In this document: piece by piece, positions 18,305 through 27,951 of the stretch | How the letters are laid out: each line of letters starts with the position of its first letter | Position numbering within the stretch: the first letter of the stretch is position 1 | NCBI GenBank assembly: GCA_963748625.1 | Contig: CAVVJT010000003.1 | Span: 32,001 to 96,000 of the forward strand | Length of the DNA stretch: 64,000 bases | Direction: 5' to 3' | From: an uncultured Chloroflexia bacterium | GTDB lineage: Bacteria; Chloroflexota; Limnocylindria; Limnocylindrales; CSP1-4 | Made by a program: the position numbers and the translations under genes | The notes under the pieces: generated by a model | What the model saw: only the letters and a program-made list of their open reading frames with translations | Databases searched by the model: none | What the model was told of the DNA's origin: nothing

Positions 18305-19068
18305 GCGCGATCACGGCGCGCCTGCGCGCCATCCCCACCTGGCAGGTCACCCTGACGCTGGCCCTCCTGGTCCTCGGGTTCCTGATCGCCGCCCAGCTGG
18401 CGTCGGAAGGCCCGCGCATCCGGTACACGAGCCAGGAGCGCACCCCGCTGGTGGACACGGCGCTCGACCTGCAGCGACAGCAGGACGCGCTCAAGGCCGA
18501 GATCCTCACCCTGCGCTCCGAGGTGCAGGATCTCGAAGCGACCGGGCAGGGCGGTGCCGCGGTGACCAAGGAGCTCAACGATGAGCTCGAACGGGCGCGG
18601 ATCGCGGCAGGCCTCGTGGCGCTCCAGGGCCCAGGGCTCGTCATCCAGCTGACCGACTCAGCTGCGGCGATCCCGCCCGATGTGAACGCTCGCGACTACC
18701 TCGTCTCCGGTGACGACGTGCGCACCCTCGTGGAGGAGCTGTGGCTCGCCGGCGCGGAGGGGATCGCGGTGAACGGCGAACGGGTGGCAGTCGGCACAGC
18801 GATCGTGGACATCGGCGGATCAGTTCTGGTCAACTCGGCGTACCTGGCGCCTCCGTACCAGGTGTCCGCCATCGGGCCGGAGGATGTCTTCGACCGGCTC
18901 ACCCGCTCGACCACCTTCGTGGACTTTGTCCGCGCTCGCGCCGAGACCTTCGGTATCGACATCAGCTACGCCGTCTCGGACGCGGTCGACCTCCCCGCGT
19001 ACGCAGGTTCGATCAACCTGCGCTACGGGCGGCCAAGGGCGAGCGCGGCACCCGGAGGCCTGCCCTGA
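18301..19068 (+). CDS. DUF881 family protein
   Basis: TM plus coiled coil, GPGLVI.L.D, LVEELW.AGAE.IAVNGER, PPY.V.AIG. Confidence 0.88.
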   Translation: MSAITARLRAIPTWQVTLTLALLVLGFLIAAQLASEGPRIRYTSQERTPLVDTALDLQRQQDALKAEILTLRSEVQDLEATGQGGAAVTKELNDELERARIAAGLVALQGPGLVIQLTDSAAAIPPDVNARDYLVSGDDVRTLVEELWLAGAEGIAVNGERVAVGTAIVDIGGSVLVNSAYLAPPYQVSAIGPEDVFDRLTRSTTFVDFVRARAETFGIDISYAVSDAVDLPAYAGSINLRYGRPRASAAPGGLP

Positions 19069-19739
19069 TGCGCGCCACCGGCCGCGTGGCCCTGACCACC
19101 GTCCTGCTGCTCCTAGGGTTCCTTGTCGTCGTGCAGCTGAACTCCCAGTCTGCGAACAACACGCTCAACAACCTCACGGTCCAGGAGCTGGGGGAGCTGG
19201 TCGGGAACCTCACGACCCGCAACGACCAGCTGCGCCAGGAGGTGGCCACCCTCCAGCGCCAGCGCGACGGCGTGGCCGGCGCCGTCGAGCGGGGCGACAC
19301 CTCCGCCGCGCAGATCCGCTCGGACCTCGGGCGCGTGCTCGCCTGGTCAGGCGCGCTCGGGGTGAGCGGCTCCGGGGTCCGTGTCACCGTGACCGGCGAT
19401 CTGCCCGGCCCGGCCGTGGAGGAGCTGCTCAACGAGCTGCGCAATGCCGGCGCAGAGGCAATCTCGCTGGGGGCGATCAGGGTGGTGCCGGGCGTGGTGG
19501 TGTCCGGTCCGGCCGGGAGCCTCATGGCGACCGGGATCCCGCTCTCGGGCCCGCTGGAGATCCTCGCGGTCGGGCAGTCCGACACGCTCGCGGGCTCACT
19601 CACCCGGTCGGGCGGTCCCATCGCGCAGCTCGGGGCCCGCTACCCCGACGTCCTGATCAACGTCTCCGCGGCGGACCTCGTCGAGGTGCCGCCGACGGAT
19701 CGCGACCTCGCGCCCGTCCTGGGCCGGCCGCGTCTCTGA
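19068..19739 (+). CDS. DUF881 family protein, second paralog
   Basis: TM plus coiled coil, GSGVRV, LLNELRNAGAEAI, EILAVG. Confidence 0.85.
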   Translation: MRATGRVALTTVLLLLGFLVVVQLNSQSANNTLNNLTVQELGELVGNLTTRNDQLRQEVATLQRQRDGVAGAVERGDTSAAQIRSDLGRVLAWSGALGVSGSGVRVTVTGDLPGPAVEELLNELRNAGAEAISLGAIRVVPGVVVSGPAGSLMATGIPLSGPLEILAVGQSDTLAGSLTRSGGPIAQLGARYPDVLINVSAADLVEVPPTDRDLAPVLGRPRL

Positions 19740-19781
19740 CACTGCCCGCCGGACTCCCGCGTGCCTGCTACCCTCGCCGCG

Positions 19782-20021
19782 ATGTCCGGTACCCGCGTGC
19801 TCGAGCTCTTCCTGGGCGATGTCGTCCGGCTGCGCCGCCGTCACCCCTGCGGTGGCGAGACCTGGCTGGTGGACCGCCTGGGGGCGGACATCGGGCTGCG
19901 CTGCGAGACCTGCGGGCGCCATGTCCTGGTTGACCGGCCCGCGCTGGAGCGCCGCATCGCGGGCTTCATCACCCGAGGCGATCCCGACGTGAGCAGCGCC
20001 GTCCGCCCGGTGCGCCCGTGA
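19782..20021 (+). CDS. DUF951 family protein
   Basis: LGDVVRLRRRHPCGG..W...RLGADIGL.C..CG..V. Confidence 0.88.
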   Translation: MSGTRVLELFLGDVVRLRRRHPCGGETWLVDRLGADIGLRCETCGRHVLVDRPALERRIAGFITRGDPDVSSAVRPVRP

Positions 20022-21640
20022 GCTCCCAGCCCCTGGACCTCGCAATCGATCCTGTCGCCCCGACAGGAAGCGAGCCAGGACCCGGGGCGGAGCCCGGTGC
20101 GCTCGATGTCTTCCGCAACCGCCCCTTCCTGCTGCTCTGGCTCAGCCAGGTGTTCACGCAGGTGGGCGCCAACATGGTCCTCTTCGGCCTGACGGTCATC
20201 GTCACGCAGTCCACGGGCTCCGCGACCGCGAACAGCCTCCTGATCCTCTCCTTCCTGACTCCAGCCGTTGTCTTCTCCGCCGTCGCGGGGGTGTATGTCG
20301 ACCGCCTGGACAAGCGGGTCGTCCTGATCGGGTCGAACCTCATCCGTGCCCTGCTGTCGGTTGCCCTGTACCTGCTCCTCGGCAACTTCCTCCTCCTCCT
20401 CGTCGTCAACGTCCTCATCTCCACCGCAACGGTGTTCTTCGCGCCTGCCGAGGCGGCCATGATCCCCCAGGTCGTGCCGCGCAAGCAGCTGACCGCCGCC
20501 AACGGCGTCTTCACGCTCACGTTGAACGCCGCGTTCGCCATCGGGTTCGCGCTCCTCGGGCCCCTCGTGGCGAAGGTCCTCGGCCCCGAAGCACTGATCC
20601 TCGTGGTCGGGGCGTTCTACCTCGTCGCAGCGGGCTTCTGCTTCACGCTTCCCGCTTCACCGCCCGGGCTCGTCATCGGCACTGAGGCGGGTGAGACCAC
20701 CCAGGAGGAGGCCGAGGAGGCGGCACAGTCGACGCTTGCCCAGCTCCGCGAGGGAATCGCCTTCATCAGGGCCAATCCCCGGATCTCGTGGTCCCTCCTC
20801 TACCTGGGCATCGCGGCCTCCCTTGTCGGGGTCCTCGGCGTCCTTGGCCCCAAGTTCGCGACGCAGACGCTCGGGCTGGGAACGGGCGATTTCGTCGTCG
20901 TGGTCCTGCCGCTCGCCACCGGGATCGTGATGGGGATCCTCATCCTCAACAACTACGGCCACCTCATGCCGCGGCGGCGGATCATCGAGCTCGGCCTCGT
21001 CGGGCTCGGCGTGACGCTGTTCCTGATCGCGGCAGCCGGCCGGATCTCAGCCTTGCTGCAGAGTGCCGAAACGGTGGCCGGGCTGGGCTCGTGGGGCGGG
21101 GTTACCTCCCTGCTGGCGATCGTGATCTTCGTGGCGTTGCTCGCGGGCATCGCCTACGCCTTCGTCGCGATCCCGGCGCAGACGCAGCTGCAGGAGGACA
21201 TCCCCGAGGACGTCCGGGGACGAGTCTTCGGCGTCCTCAACATGCTGGTGTCCACGGCGAGCTTCCTGCCGATCATCATCGTCGGGCCCATCGTGGACAT
21301 CGCGGGAACCACCATCGTGATCTACGTCGTCGCCATCCTGATCGGACTGTCAGGCGTCGTGTCGATCATCCGGCGTGGACCGCTCAAGCCCCAGGAGGCG
21401 CGTGCGCGCGCAACCGGCCCGACAGAGCCGGCGGGCCTGGACCCGGTCGCCGTCGCCACTGCCTCCGAGATGGCCTCGCACGACCGACGGGCGGACCTGC
21501 GGGCCGGGCGACGCGCCGCGGACGCGGCTGCTGCGGCGGCTCCGGCGGCTCCGTCGGATGACGCTGCGACTGGGGTCCCCGCGACCGCCACCCCGGAGAC
21601 CGTCGAGGGCGTGCGCGGCTACTCGTCCGAGGACGAGTAG
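20018..21640 (+). CDS. MFS transporter
   Basis: FRNRPFLLLW, AG.YVDRLDKR, FFAPAE.A.IP, QEDIPEDVRGRVFG; many TM segments. Confidence 0.9.
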   Translation: MSSQPLDLAIDPVAPTGSEPGPGAEPGALDVFRNRPFLLLWLSQVFTQVGANMVLFGLTVIVTQSTGSATANSLLILSFLTPAVVFSAVAGVYVDRLDKRVVLIGSNLIRALLSVALYLLLGNFLLLLVVNVLISTATVFFAPAEAAMIPQVVPRKQLTAANGVFTLTLNAAFAIGFALLGPLVAKVLGPEALILVVGAFYLVAAGFCFTLPASPPGLVIGTEAGETTQEEAEEAAQSTLAQLREGIAFIRANPRISWSLLYLGIAASLVGVLGVLGPKFATQTLGLGTGDFVVVVLPLATGIVMGILILNNYGHLMPRRRIIELGLVGLGVTLFLIAAAGRISALLQSAETVAGLGSWGGVTSLLAIVIFVALLAGIAYAFVAIPAQTQLQEDIPEDVRGRVFGVLNMLVSTASFLPIIIVGPIVDIAGTTIVIYVVAILIGLSGVVSIIRRGPLKPQEARARATGPTEPAGLDPVAVATASEMASHDRRADLRAGRRAADAAAAAAPAAPSDDAATGVPATATPETVEGVRGYSSEDE

Positions 21641-21643
21641 CGG

Positions 21644-23293
21644 ATGGGCGCCGACCTCCTGGTCACCGGCCGGATCGCCACCCTCGCGGGCGACGGGGGT
21701 CCCGGCTGGGTGGAGGCCGTAGCAGTCGCCGGCGGTCGCGTCGTCGCCGTGGGCAGCCTGGCCGACGTCGAGGGCATCGTCGATGCCCGCACCCGTCGCC
21801 TGACCCTTGCGCCCGACGAGGTCGCCATCCCAGGGCTGACCGACGCCCACCTGCACCTGGCCGAGGCGGCGCTGGCGAAGGCGCGGGTGCACCTTGAGGA
21901 CACTTTCGCCCCGGGAGACCTCGTCGCAAGGGTGCGCGAGGCCGCCGAGCAGGTCACCGACGGCGACGCGTGGATCCAGGGCGCCGGCTGGGATTCCGAC
22001 CGGATGGGGCGCTGGCCGACGGCGGAGGACCTGGAGCTCGCCGCGCCGGGCCGGCTCGTCGGCCTGTGGGCGCACGACCACCACGCGTACCTCGTGAGCC
22101 GGCGGGCCCTCCATGCGGCCGGGATCGGGCAGGGGACACCGGATCCCGATGGCGGTGTCATCCGGCGCGACGACCGTGGTGTGCCGACCGGGGTGCTGCA
22201 CGAGAGCGCTGCCCGCCTCGTCAGCTCGCTCGTGCCCATGCCATCAACATCCGATGTGGAGAAGGCGCTCGTCCCTCTCATCACGGAGCTGGTGGCGATG
22301 GGCGTGGTTGCTGCGCACGATCCCGGCGGGCTCAGCGAGCGGACCGGCCTCGAGGGGCCGATCGCCGCCTACCGTTCCCTCGCAGCCTCGGGGCGACTCG
22401 GGATGCGCCTGCACCCCTGCGTCCGGCCTGAGCAGCTCGAAGCGGCCGGAGCCGAGGGCCTGCGCAGTGGCGCGCCGCTCGGAGCCGACCCGTTGGGGCG
22501 CCTGCACCTGGGCTGGCTGAAGACCTTCGCCGACGGGTCGCTCGGCTCGCGGACGGCAGCGCTTCTCGAACCCCTGGTGCGGCATGCGGGCGAGCCCGAA
22601 CCACCCAACGACGGGTACGGCGTCTGGTTCGTCCCGCCGGAGGAGCTGGCCTCCCAGGCCGAACGGGCCGCCGCCCTCGGCATCACGACGCAGATCCACG
22701 GGATCGGGGACGCGGCGGTCCGGGTGGCTCTCGACGTTCTCGCGCCGACGGTCGGCCGCACGGCCCTCATGCCCCGTGTCGAGCACACGCAGCTCGTGGC
22801 AGCCGAGGACGTTCCCCGGTTCGCCGCGCTGGGCATCGCCGCCTCAATGCAGCCCGTCCACATCCGCTCCGATGCCGAGAAGGCGCGGGCGCTCTGGGGC
22901 CGCCGCGCGGACGAGTTCGCCTATGCCATTGGCCGACTGGACGCGGCAGGCGCCGTGATCGCGTTCGGTACGGATGCTCCCGTGGAGCCCGTGGACCCGT
23001 GGCCCGGGATGGCGTGCGCGGTCACGCGTGCAGCGCCGTCGTGGGCCGCCGGGATGGCGCCACTTGGGGCGGCCAACGCTGTGGGCCTCTGGCGCGCGCT
23101 GCGGGCCGCCTGCGTGGATCCGGCCCGCACGGCCGGCGAGACCGATCGCGGCCGACTCGTCGTCGGCCAGCGGGCGGACATCGTCGTCCTGCCGGCGGCC
23201 GCCGTGGCGGAGCCGGTGGAGGTCGGCGGGGCGCTCTGGAATGCACGACCCCGGCGGGTCCTGCTCGACGGCGAGGTCGCGTTCGAGCGGTAG
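21644..23293 (+). CDS. Amidohydrolase 3 (YtcJ-like)
   Basis: PGLTDAHLH, K.FADGSLGSRTA, HGIGD, RVEHTQ, FGTDAPV. Confidence 0.9.
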   Translation: MGADLLVTGRIATLAGDGGPGWVEAVAVAGGRVVAVGSLADVEGIVDARTRRLTLAPDEVAIPGLTDAHLHLAEAALAKARVHLEDTFAPGDLVARVREAAEQVTDGDAWIQGAGWDSDRMGRWPTAEDLELAAPGRLVGLWAHDHHAYLVSRRALHAAGIGQGTPDPDGGVIRRDDRGVPTGVLHESAARLVSSLVPMPSTSDVEKALVPLITELVAMGVVAAHDPGGLSERTGLEGPIAAYRSLAASGRLGMRLHPCVRPEQLEAAGAEGLRSGAPLGADPLGRLHLGWLKTFADGSLGSRTAALLEPLVRHAGEPEPPNDGYGVWFVPPEELASQAERAAALGITTQIHGIGDAAVRVALDVLAPTVGRTALMPRVEHTQLVAAEDVPRFAALGIAASMQPVHIRSDAEKARALWGRRADEFAYAIGRLDAAGAVIAFGTDAPVEPVDPWPGMACAVTRAAPSWAAGMAPLGAANAVGLWRALRAACVDPARTAGETDRGRLVVGQRADIVVLPAAAVAEPVEVGGALWNARPRRVLLDGEVAFER

Positions 23294-23329
23294 CGACGGG
23301 CGGGGCGCTTGGGCGCCCTGGTGCGTGGG

Positions 23330-24136
23330 TCAGGCGCCGCGCTGGCGCCGCGCCTCGTACAGCAGCACCGCCGCCGCGATCGATACGTTGAGGCTGTCCG
23401 CGATTCCCAGCATCGGCAGGTGGATCGCCGTGACGCCGTCTCCGGTCCAGGCGTCCGTGAGGCCGTCCGCCTCGCTACCAAGGACCAGTGCGACCGGGCC
23501 AGTCAGATCGACGTCCGTGTAGGGTACCGATCCGTCCACGCGCGCCGCCAGGATCCGAATGCCGTCCTGATCGAGGCGTGTCCGCACCTGGGCACTGCTG
23601 CCCGACGCCACCGGCACCGTGAAGATGGTTCCGAGCGAGGCCCGGATGGCGTTCGGGTTGTACAGGTCGGTACGGGGGTCGGCGGCGATCACGGCATCCG
23701 CGCCTGCGCCGTCGGCCGACCGCAGGACGGCGCCAAGGTTCCCGGGCTTCTCGACGGACTCGAGCACCACGACGAGCGGGTCCGCCGGCAGCGTCAGCCG
23801 CTCGATGGCGGTGTCCGGGATCGCGATGATTGCGACCAGGCCATCCGAACGCTCGCCATACGCGAGACGGTCCAGGACCGGGCCGCTGACGAGGACGACG
23901 CGGGCGCCAGCTGTGCGCGCGCGATCGACGACCACGGGCGCGTCGCCACGAAGCCGCTCCTCGTCCACGAAGAGCTCGATGATGCGCGCGCCGCCGGCCA
24001 GCGCCCGGCCGACCTCCCGGGTGCCGTCCACGAGGGTCGCGTGCACCTGCTCGCGCCCGCGCCGGTCGCGCAGCTCGATGGCCGCCCTGATGCGGGGGTT
24101 CTTCGCGCTGGTGATCAGCGGCTCGTGGACGGTCAC
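23330..24136 (-). CDS. TrmH/SpoU-family RNA 2'-O-methyltransferase
   Basis: ITSAKNPRI, EKPGNLGA.LR, GSEADGL, DSLNVS; GTGA overlap start. Confidence 0.92.
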   Translation of the reverse strand: MTVHEPLITSAKNPRIRAAIELRDRRGREQVHATLVDGTREVGRALAGGARIIELFVDEERLRGDAPVVVDRARTAGARVVLVSGPVLDRLAYGERSDGLVAIIAIPDTAIERLTLPADPLVVVLESVEKPGNLGAVLRSADGAGADAVIAADPRTDLYNPNAIRASLGTIFTVPVASGSSAQVRTRLDQDGIRILAARVDGSVPYTDVDLTGPVALVLGSEADGLTDAWTGDGVTAIHLPMLGIADSLNVSIAAAVLLYEARRQRGA

Positions 24137-24999
24137 CGGCGGGATCCCGACCCCTCGTACGGCTTGCGCCGGACCCTGGACGGCGGGTTGGGTCCGTGGG
24201 CCCATGCGCCCAGCGGCAGCAGCGCGCCCGAGCGGGCACGCAGCATCATCGCCTCGCCGTCCGCCGCCACGGAGAGGTGACTGCGGACCAGGGCAGCCAG
24301 CCGCTCGCCGTCATAGCCGGGCGTGTGGGCCGACAGCACCGCGAAGGCGGGCTTGGGACCCAGGAGCGCGGCGATATCCTCCAGGAGTGGCTCCAGATCG
24401 GTGTCGATCTGCCACGCGCCCGTCCCATGGCCGTATGTGGGCGGATCGAGGATGACACCGTCGTAATGGCGGCCACGCCGGCGCTCGCGGCGGACGAACG
24501 CACGGGCGTCATCGGCGAGCCAGCGGATCGGCGCGTCGGCGAGGCCCGACAGCTCGGCGTTGCGGCGGGCCCAGGCCACCGCGGGCTTCGAGGCGTCCAC
24601 GTGCGCGACACGGGCGCCCGCGGCCGCGCAGGCGAGCGTCGCGCCGCCCGTGTACGCGAACAGCGACAGGACCTCGAGTGGGCGGCCCGCGTGGGCGGTG
24701 GAGCGGCGCACCTCGTGATCCAGCCAGCCCCAGGTCTGCGCATGCTCGGGGAACACGCCAACCTGGCCGCCGGCCGCGGGCCGGCATTCGAGCGTGAGCG
24801 GACCGGACCGGACCTGCCACGGCTCGACGGTGGCACCCCTGACCCAGGCGCTCTTCGCCCATCGGAGGTCGGCCTTGGCCCATGCGGCCGGATCGCGGAC
24901 GGGCTCGGTTGCCGGCGGTGCAGACCGGTCGACGACGCACCACCCGAAACGCTCCAGGCGGCGGCCATCGCCGCAGTCGATCAGCTCAAGGTCGGACAT
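24133..24999 (-). CDS. Class I SAM-dependent rRNA methyltransferase (RlmI/RlmK-like)
   Basis: LIDCG.GRRLERFG, GVFPEH, LSLFAYTGG, ILDPPTYG; alternative start at 25008. Confidence 0.85.
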   Translation of the reverse strand: MSDLELIDCGDGRRLERFGWCVVDRSAPPATEPVRDPAAWAKADLRWAKSAWVRGATVEPWQVRSGPLTLECRPAAGGQVGVFPEHAQTWGWLDHEVRRSTAHAGRPLEVLSLFAYTGGATLACAAAGARVAHVDASKPAVAWARRNAELSGLADAPIRWLADDARAFVRRERRRGRHYDGVILDPPTYGHGTGAWQIDTDLEPLLEDIAALLGPKPAFAVLSAHTPGYDGERLAALVRSHLSVAADGEAMMLRARSGALLPLGAWAHGPNPPSRVRRKPYEGSGSRR

Positions 25000-25071
25000 G
25001 GCCGCCATGGTCGCACGGATGCGCCGGCCGGACTGGCCGCGGCGACGAGGTCAAAGTCCCCGGGAAACGAG

Positions 25072-25098
25072 AAGCCCCGGCCGTCACGGTCGGGGCTT
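25072..25098 (-). terminator. Hairpin terminator downstream of tRNA-Val
   Basis: AAGCCCCGGCCG-tca-CGGTCGGGGCTT followed on minus strand by CTCGTTT. Confidence 0.65.
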
Positions 25099-25116
25099 GC
25101 GGGTTCTGTGCGAGGG

Positions 25117-25193
25117 TGGTGGGTCGTACTGGACTCGAACCAGTGACCTCCACGATGTCAACGTGGCGCTCTAACCAACTGAGCTAACGACCC
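25117..25193 (-). tRNA. tRNA-Val(GAC)
   Basis: GGGTCGTTAGCTCAGTTGGTTAGAGCG-CCACG-TT-GAC-AT-CGTGG...GGTTCGAGTCC...ACGACCC-ACCA; CCA encoded; -10 TACACT at 25204-25209. Confidence 0.97.
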
Positions 25194-25241
25194 GCGGACG
25201 GGGAGTGTAGCGCATCCCCGGGGCGGCGGCCGGGGCTCTGG

Positions 25242-25382
25242 CGGCATCGGCCGGGGCTCCCGGCCAGCGGGCACTGTGTGCGGCATCGGCCGGGGCTCCC
25301 GGCCAGCGGGCACTGTGTGCGGCATCGGCGCCGGGGCACTGTGGCGGCATCGGCCGGGCTCCCGGCCAGCGGGCACTGTGTG
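25242..25382. repeat. 39-bp tandem repeat (three near-full copies and one internally deleted copy)
   Basis: CGGCATCGGCCGGGGCTCCCGGCCAGCGGGCACTGTGTG at 25242, 25281, 25345; short copy at 25320. Confidence 0.9.
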
Positions 25383-25644
25383 CGGTATCCCGCACAGATC
25401 GCCCGCCTGGCGGTTGGCAGAGGCGTCCACGGGTGCGTTGACGTCGGTTCAGCCCGCGTGGCGGGAGGACTGCGCAGAACCCTGCACACAAGGCCCGCTG
25501 CGCGGTAGGACTGGCGGTGCCAGGCGCCGGTGCACCGGGCCAGACGCGCTCCGCTCCATCGGCGACCGCCTCGTCGTCTGCGGGCGCTGCGGTACACTCG
25601 CGCCCAATCGAGCCGGTCCGGCCCGCGGCCCCCGGCCCACACCA

Positions 25645-25900
25645 CGAACGCGTCGAGCGGGACACGCCCGCCGGGATGTCGCCCAGAGAGCCGGGACCCA
25701 GGCTGCAAGCCCCGGCCGACACGACCGGACCAGGCACCACCCGTGAGCGGCCGGCGAACCGGTCCGGGATCCGCCCGTTAGCGCGGCACGAGCGCACGGC
25801 GCATGCTCCAGGTCCAGCCTGGACAGCGAGCCGTGAAGGCGGGTGGAACCGCGGGAGGCCAGACCTCTCGTCCTGTCGGACGGGAGGTCTTCATGTTTTC
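25645..25900 (+). promoter_or_regulatory. T-box riboswitch (Thr) leader of thrS
   Basis: Stem I AGAGA/GGCTG motifs, likely ACC specifier near 25736, T-box AGGCGGGTGGAACCGCG (25837-25853), terminator AGACCTCTCGTCC/GGACGGGAGGTCT plus TCATGTTTT; -10 TACACT at 25593. Confidence 0.88.
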
Positions 25901-25914
25901 CGGGAGCACGAACC

Positions 25915-27810
25915 ATGGCTGACGACAAGGCACAGGCGGCACAGGCTGGACAGGCTGGGCAGGCGGCAGCGACGGCTGCCGACAGCAGCGGTGACGGCGA
26001 GGAGCTCGCGTTCGACGCCCCCGTGCGCGGGTCCGCCGACGAGATGCTCGACGCGGGCGGCCATGCCCCTATCGATGCGATGCGCCATTCCACCGCGCAC
26101 GTGATGGCCGAGGCCGTCCTCGCGCTGTTCCCCGACGCACGCCTGGGCATCGGGCCGGCGATCGACAACGGCTTCTACTACGACTTCGACCTGCCGCGTG
26201 CCCTCACGCCCGAGGACCTGGCCGCCATCGAGGCGAAGATGGCCGAGTCCGTCGCCGCCGACCACGCCTTCGTCCGCCGCGAGGTCCCCTTCGCCGAGGG
26301 CCGCGCCGAGGAGGAGCGCCGCGGCCAGGGGTTCAAGGTCGAGATCCTCGACGACCTCGCACGCAAGGCCGAGGAGACGGCGACGCCCATGCCGCCGGTC
26401 ACCTTCTACGACCACGGTCCCTTCAGCGACCTGTGCAAGGGCCCCCACGTCGAGTCCACGAGCCACATCGGTCCGTTCAAGCTCCTCGCGGTCGCCGGCG
26501 CCTACTGGCGCGGCGATGACAAGCGTCCGATGCTGCAGCGCGTCTACGGCACGGTCTGGGCGACACAGGAGGAGCTTGACCAGTACCTGTGGCGCCGCGA
26601 GGAGGCCAAGAAGCGCGACCACCGCAAGCTGGGCCGCGAGCTCGACCTGTTCAGCTTCCATGACGTCAGCCCGGGCGCGGCCTTCTGGCATCCGAAGGGC
26701 CAGCGCCTCTGGCGCACGCTCGAGTCGGCCGTGCGCGAGGTCCAGGACCGCCGGGAGTACACGGAGGTCTCCACGCCCATGGTGGTGAGCCAGCGCCTCT
26801 GGGAGGCGTCGGGCCACTGGGCGCTGTACAAGGAGAACATGTTCCTGATCGAGAGCGAGGGGCAGACGTTCTCGCTCAAGCCGATGAACTGCCCTGAGTC
26901 CACGATCATCTACAAGACCCACCTGCGCTCGTACCGCGATCTTCCGCTGCGCTTCAGTGAGTTCGGGCGGCTGCACCGCAACGAGCGCTCGGGCACGCTG
27001 TCGGGCCTCACCCGCGTCCGCCAGTTCATCCAGGACGACGGCCACATCTACGTCCGCCCGGACCAGCTGGGCGACGAGATCGAGGCCTTGATGGGCGAGG
27101 TCGACGAGATCTACGGCTGGTTCGGCCTCAAGCCGCAGATCAAGTTCGGGACGAAGCCCGCGAAGGCGTTGGGCGACCCGGCCCTCTGGGACCAGGCCGA
27201 GCAGCTCATCCGCGAGGCCCTCGATCGCTCGGGCGTCCAGTGGACGCTCAAGCCCGGCGACGGCGCCTTCTACGCGCCCAAGATCGACGTCCACATCGAG
27301 GACGCCCTCGGCCGCAGCTGGCAGACCGCGACCATCCAGGTGGACCTGACGATGCTCCCTGAGCAGTTCGACCTCACCTACATCGACGAGGACGGCCAGC
27401 CGAAGCGCCCGATGGCGATCCATCGCGCGATCTACGGCAGCCTCGAGCGCTTCATCGGCATCATCGTCGAGCACTTCGCGGGTGCCTTCCCGCTCTGGCT
27501 GGCGCCCGTCCAGGCTGTCGTCATCCCGATCGCGGACCGCCACATCGGCCCAGCCAAGGAGCTCGCTGCCGAGCTGCGGGCCGGCGGCCTGCGGTTCGTG
27601 GAGGTCGACGGGTCCGACAACCGGATGCAGAACAAGATCCGCCTGGCACAGGGCCAGAAGGTCCCGTACATGCTCATCCTGGGCGACCGCGAGGTCGAAT
27701 CCCGGACCGCGGCCGTGCGCAAGCGCGACGGCTCACAGGAGCAGGGCGTGACCTGGCATGACCTTGCGTGGCACCTTGGCGAGGAGGCCCGCGAGCGCCG
27801 CCTGGGGTAG
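25915..27810 (+). CDS. thrS: Threonine--tRNA ligase
   Basis: RHSTAH, DLCKGPH, AGAYWRGD, RDHRKLG, KPMNCP, GAFYAPKID, HRAIYGSLERF. Confidence 0.98.
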   Translation: MADDKAQAAQAGQAGQAAATAADSSGDGEELAFDAPVRGSADEMLDAGGHAPIDAMRHSTAHVMAEAVLALFPDARLGIGPAIDNGFYYDFDLPRALTPEDLAAIEAKMAESVAADHAFVRREVPFAEGRAEEERRGQGFKVEILDDLARKAEETATPMPPVTFYDHGPFSDLCKGPHVESTSHIGPFKLLAVAGAYWRGDDKRPMLQRVYGTVWATQEELDQYLWRREEAKKRDHRKLGRELDLFSFHDVSPGAAFWHPKGQRLWRTLESAVREVQDRREYTEVSTPMVVSQRLWEASGHWALYKENMFLIESEGQTFSLKPMNCPESTIIYKTHLRSYRDLPLRFSEFGRLHRNERSGTLSGLTRVRQFIQDDGHIYVRPDQLGDEIEALMGEVDEIYGWFGLKPQIKFGTKPAKALGDPALWDQAEQLIREALDRSGVQWTLKPGDGAFYAPKIDVHIEDALGRSWQTATIQVDLTMLPEQFDLTYIDEDGQPKRPMAIHRAIYGSLERFIGIIVEHFAGAFPLWLAPVQAVVIPIADRHIGPAKELAAELRAGGLRFVEVDGSDNRMQNKIRLAQGQKVPYMLILGDREVESRTAAVRKRDGSQEQGVTWHDLAWHLGEEARERRLG

Positions 27811-27951
27811 GGGATCGACACCCTGACGACACGCCCGGCCCGGTGGCGGTCCGTCGAACCCCTGTGCTATCCTCCCGCGGCGACCGAAGGGGCCGTTTGC
27901 CCTTGCGCGCGCAACAGCATTACCTACGCCACAGCACGAAGGGAACTCGCC

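Noticed and set aside
25010-25240. Integrative element at tRNA-Val
   Set aside because: No integrase, no duplicated tRNA 3' end, and flanks are housekeeping genes
25242-25382. CRISPR array
   Set aside because: Repeats are head-to-tail with no unique spacers, and no cas genes are present
27811-27951. L20 ribosomal leader upstream of infC
   Set aside because: A promoter (TGCTATCCT) and a short hairpin are present, but no recognisable L20-leader consensus
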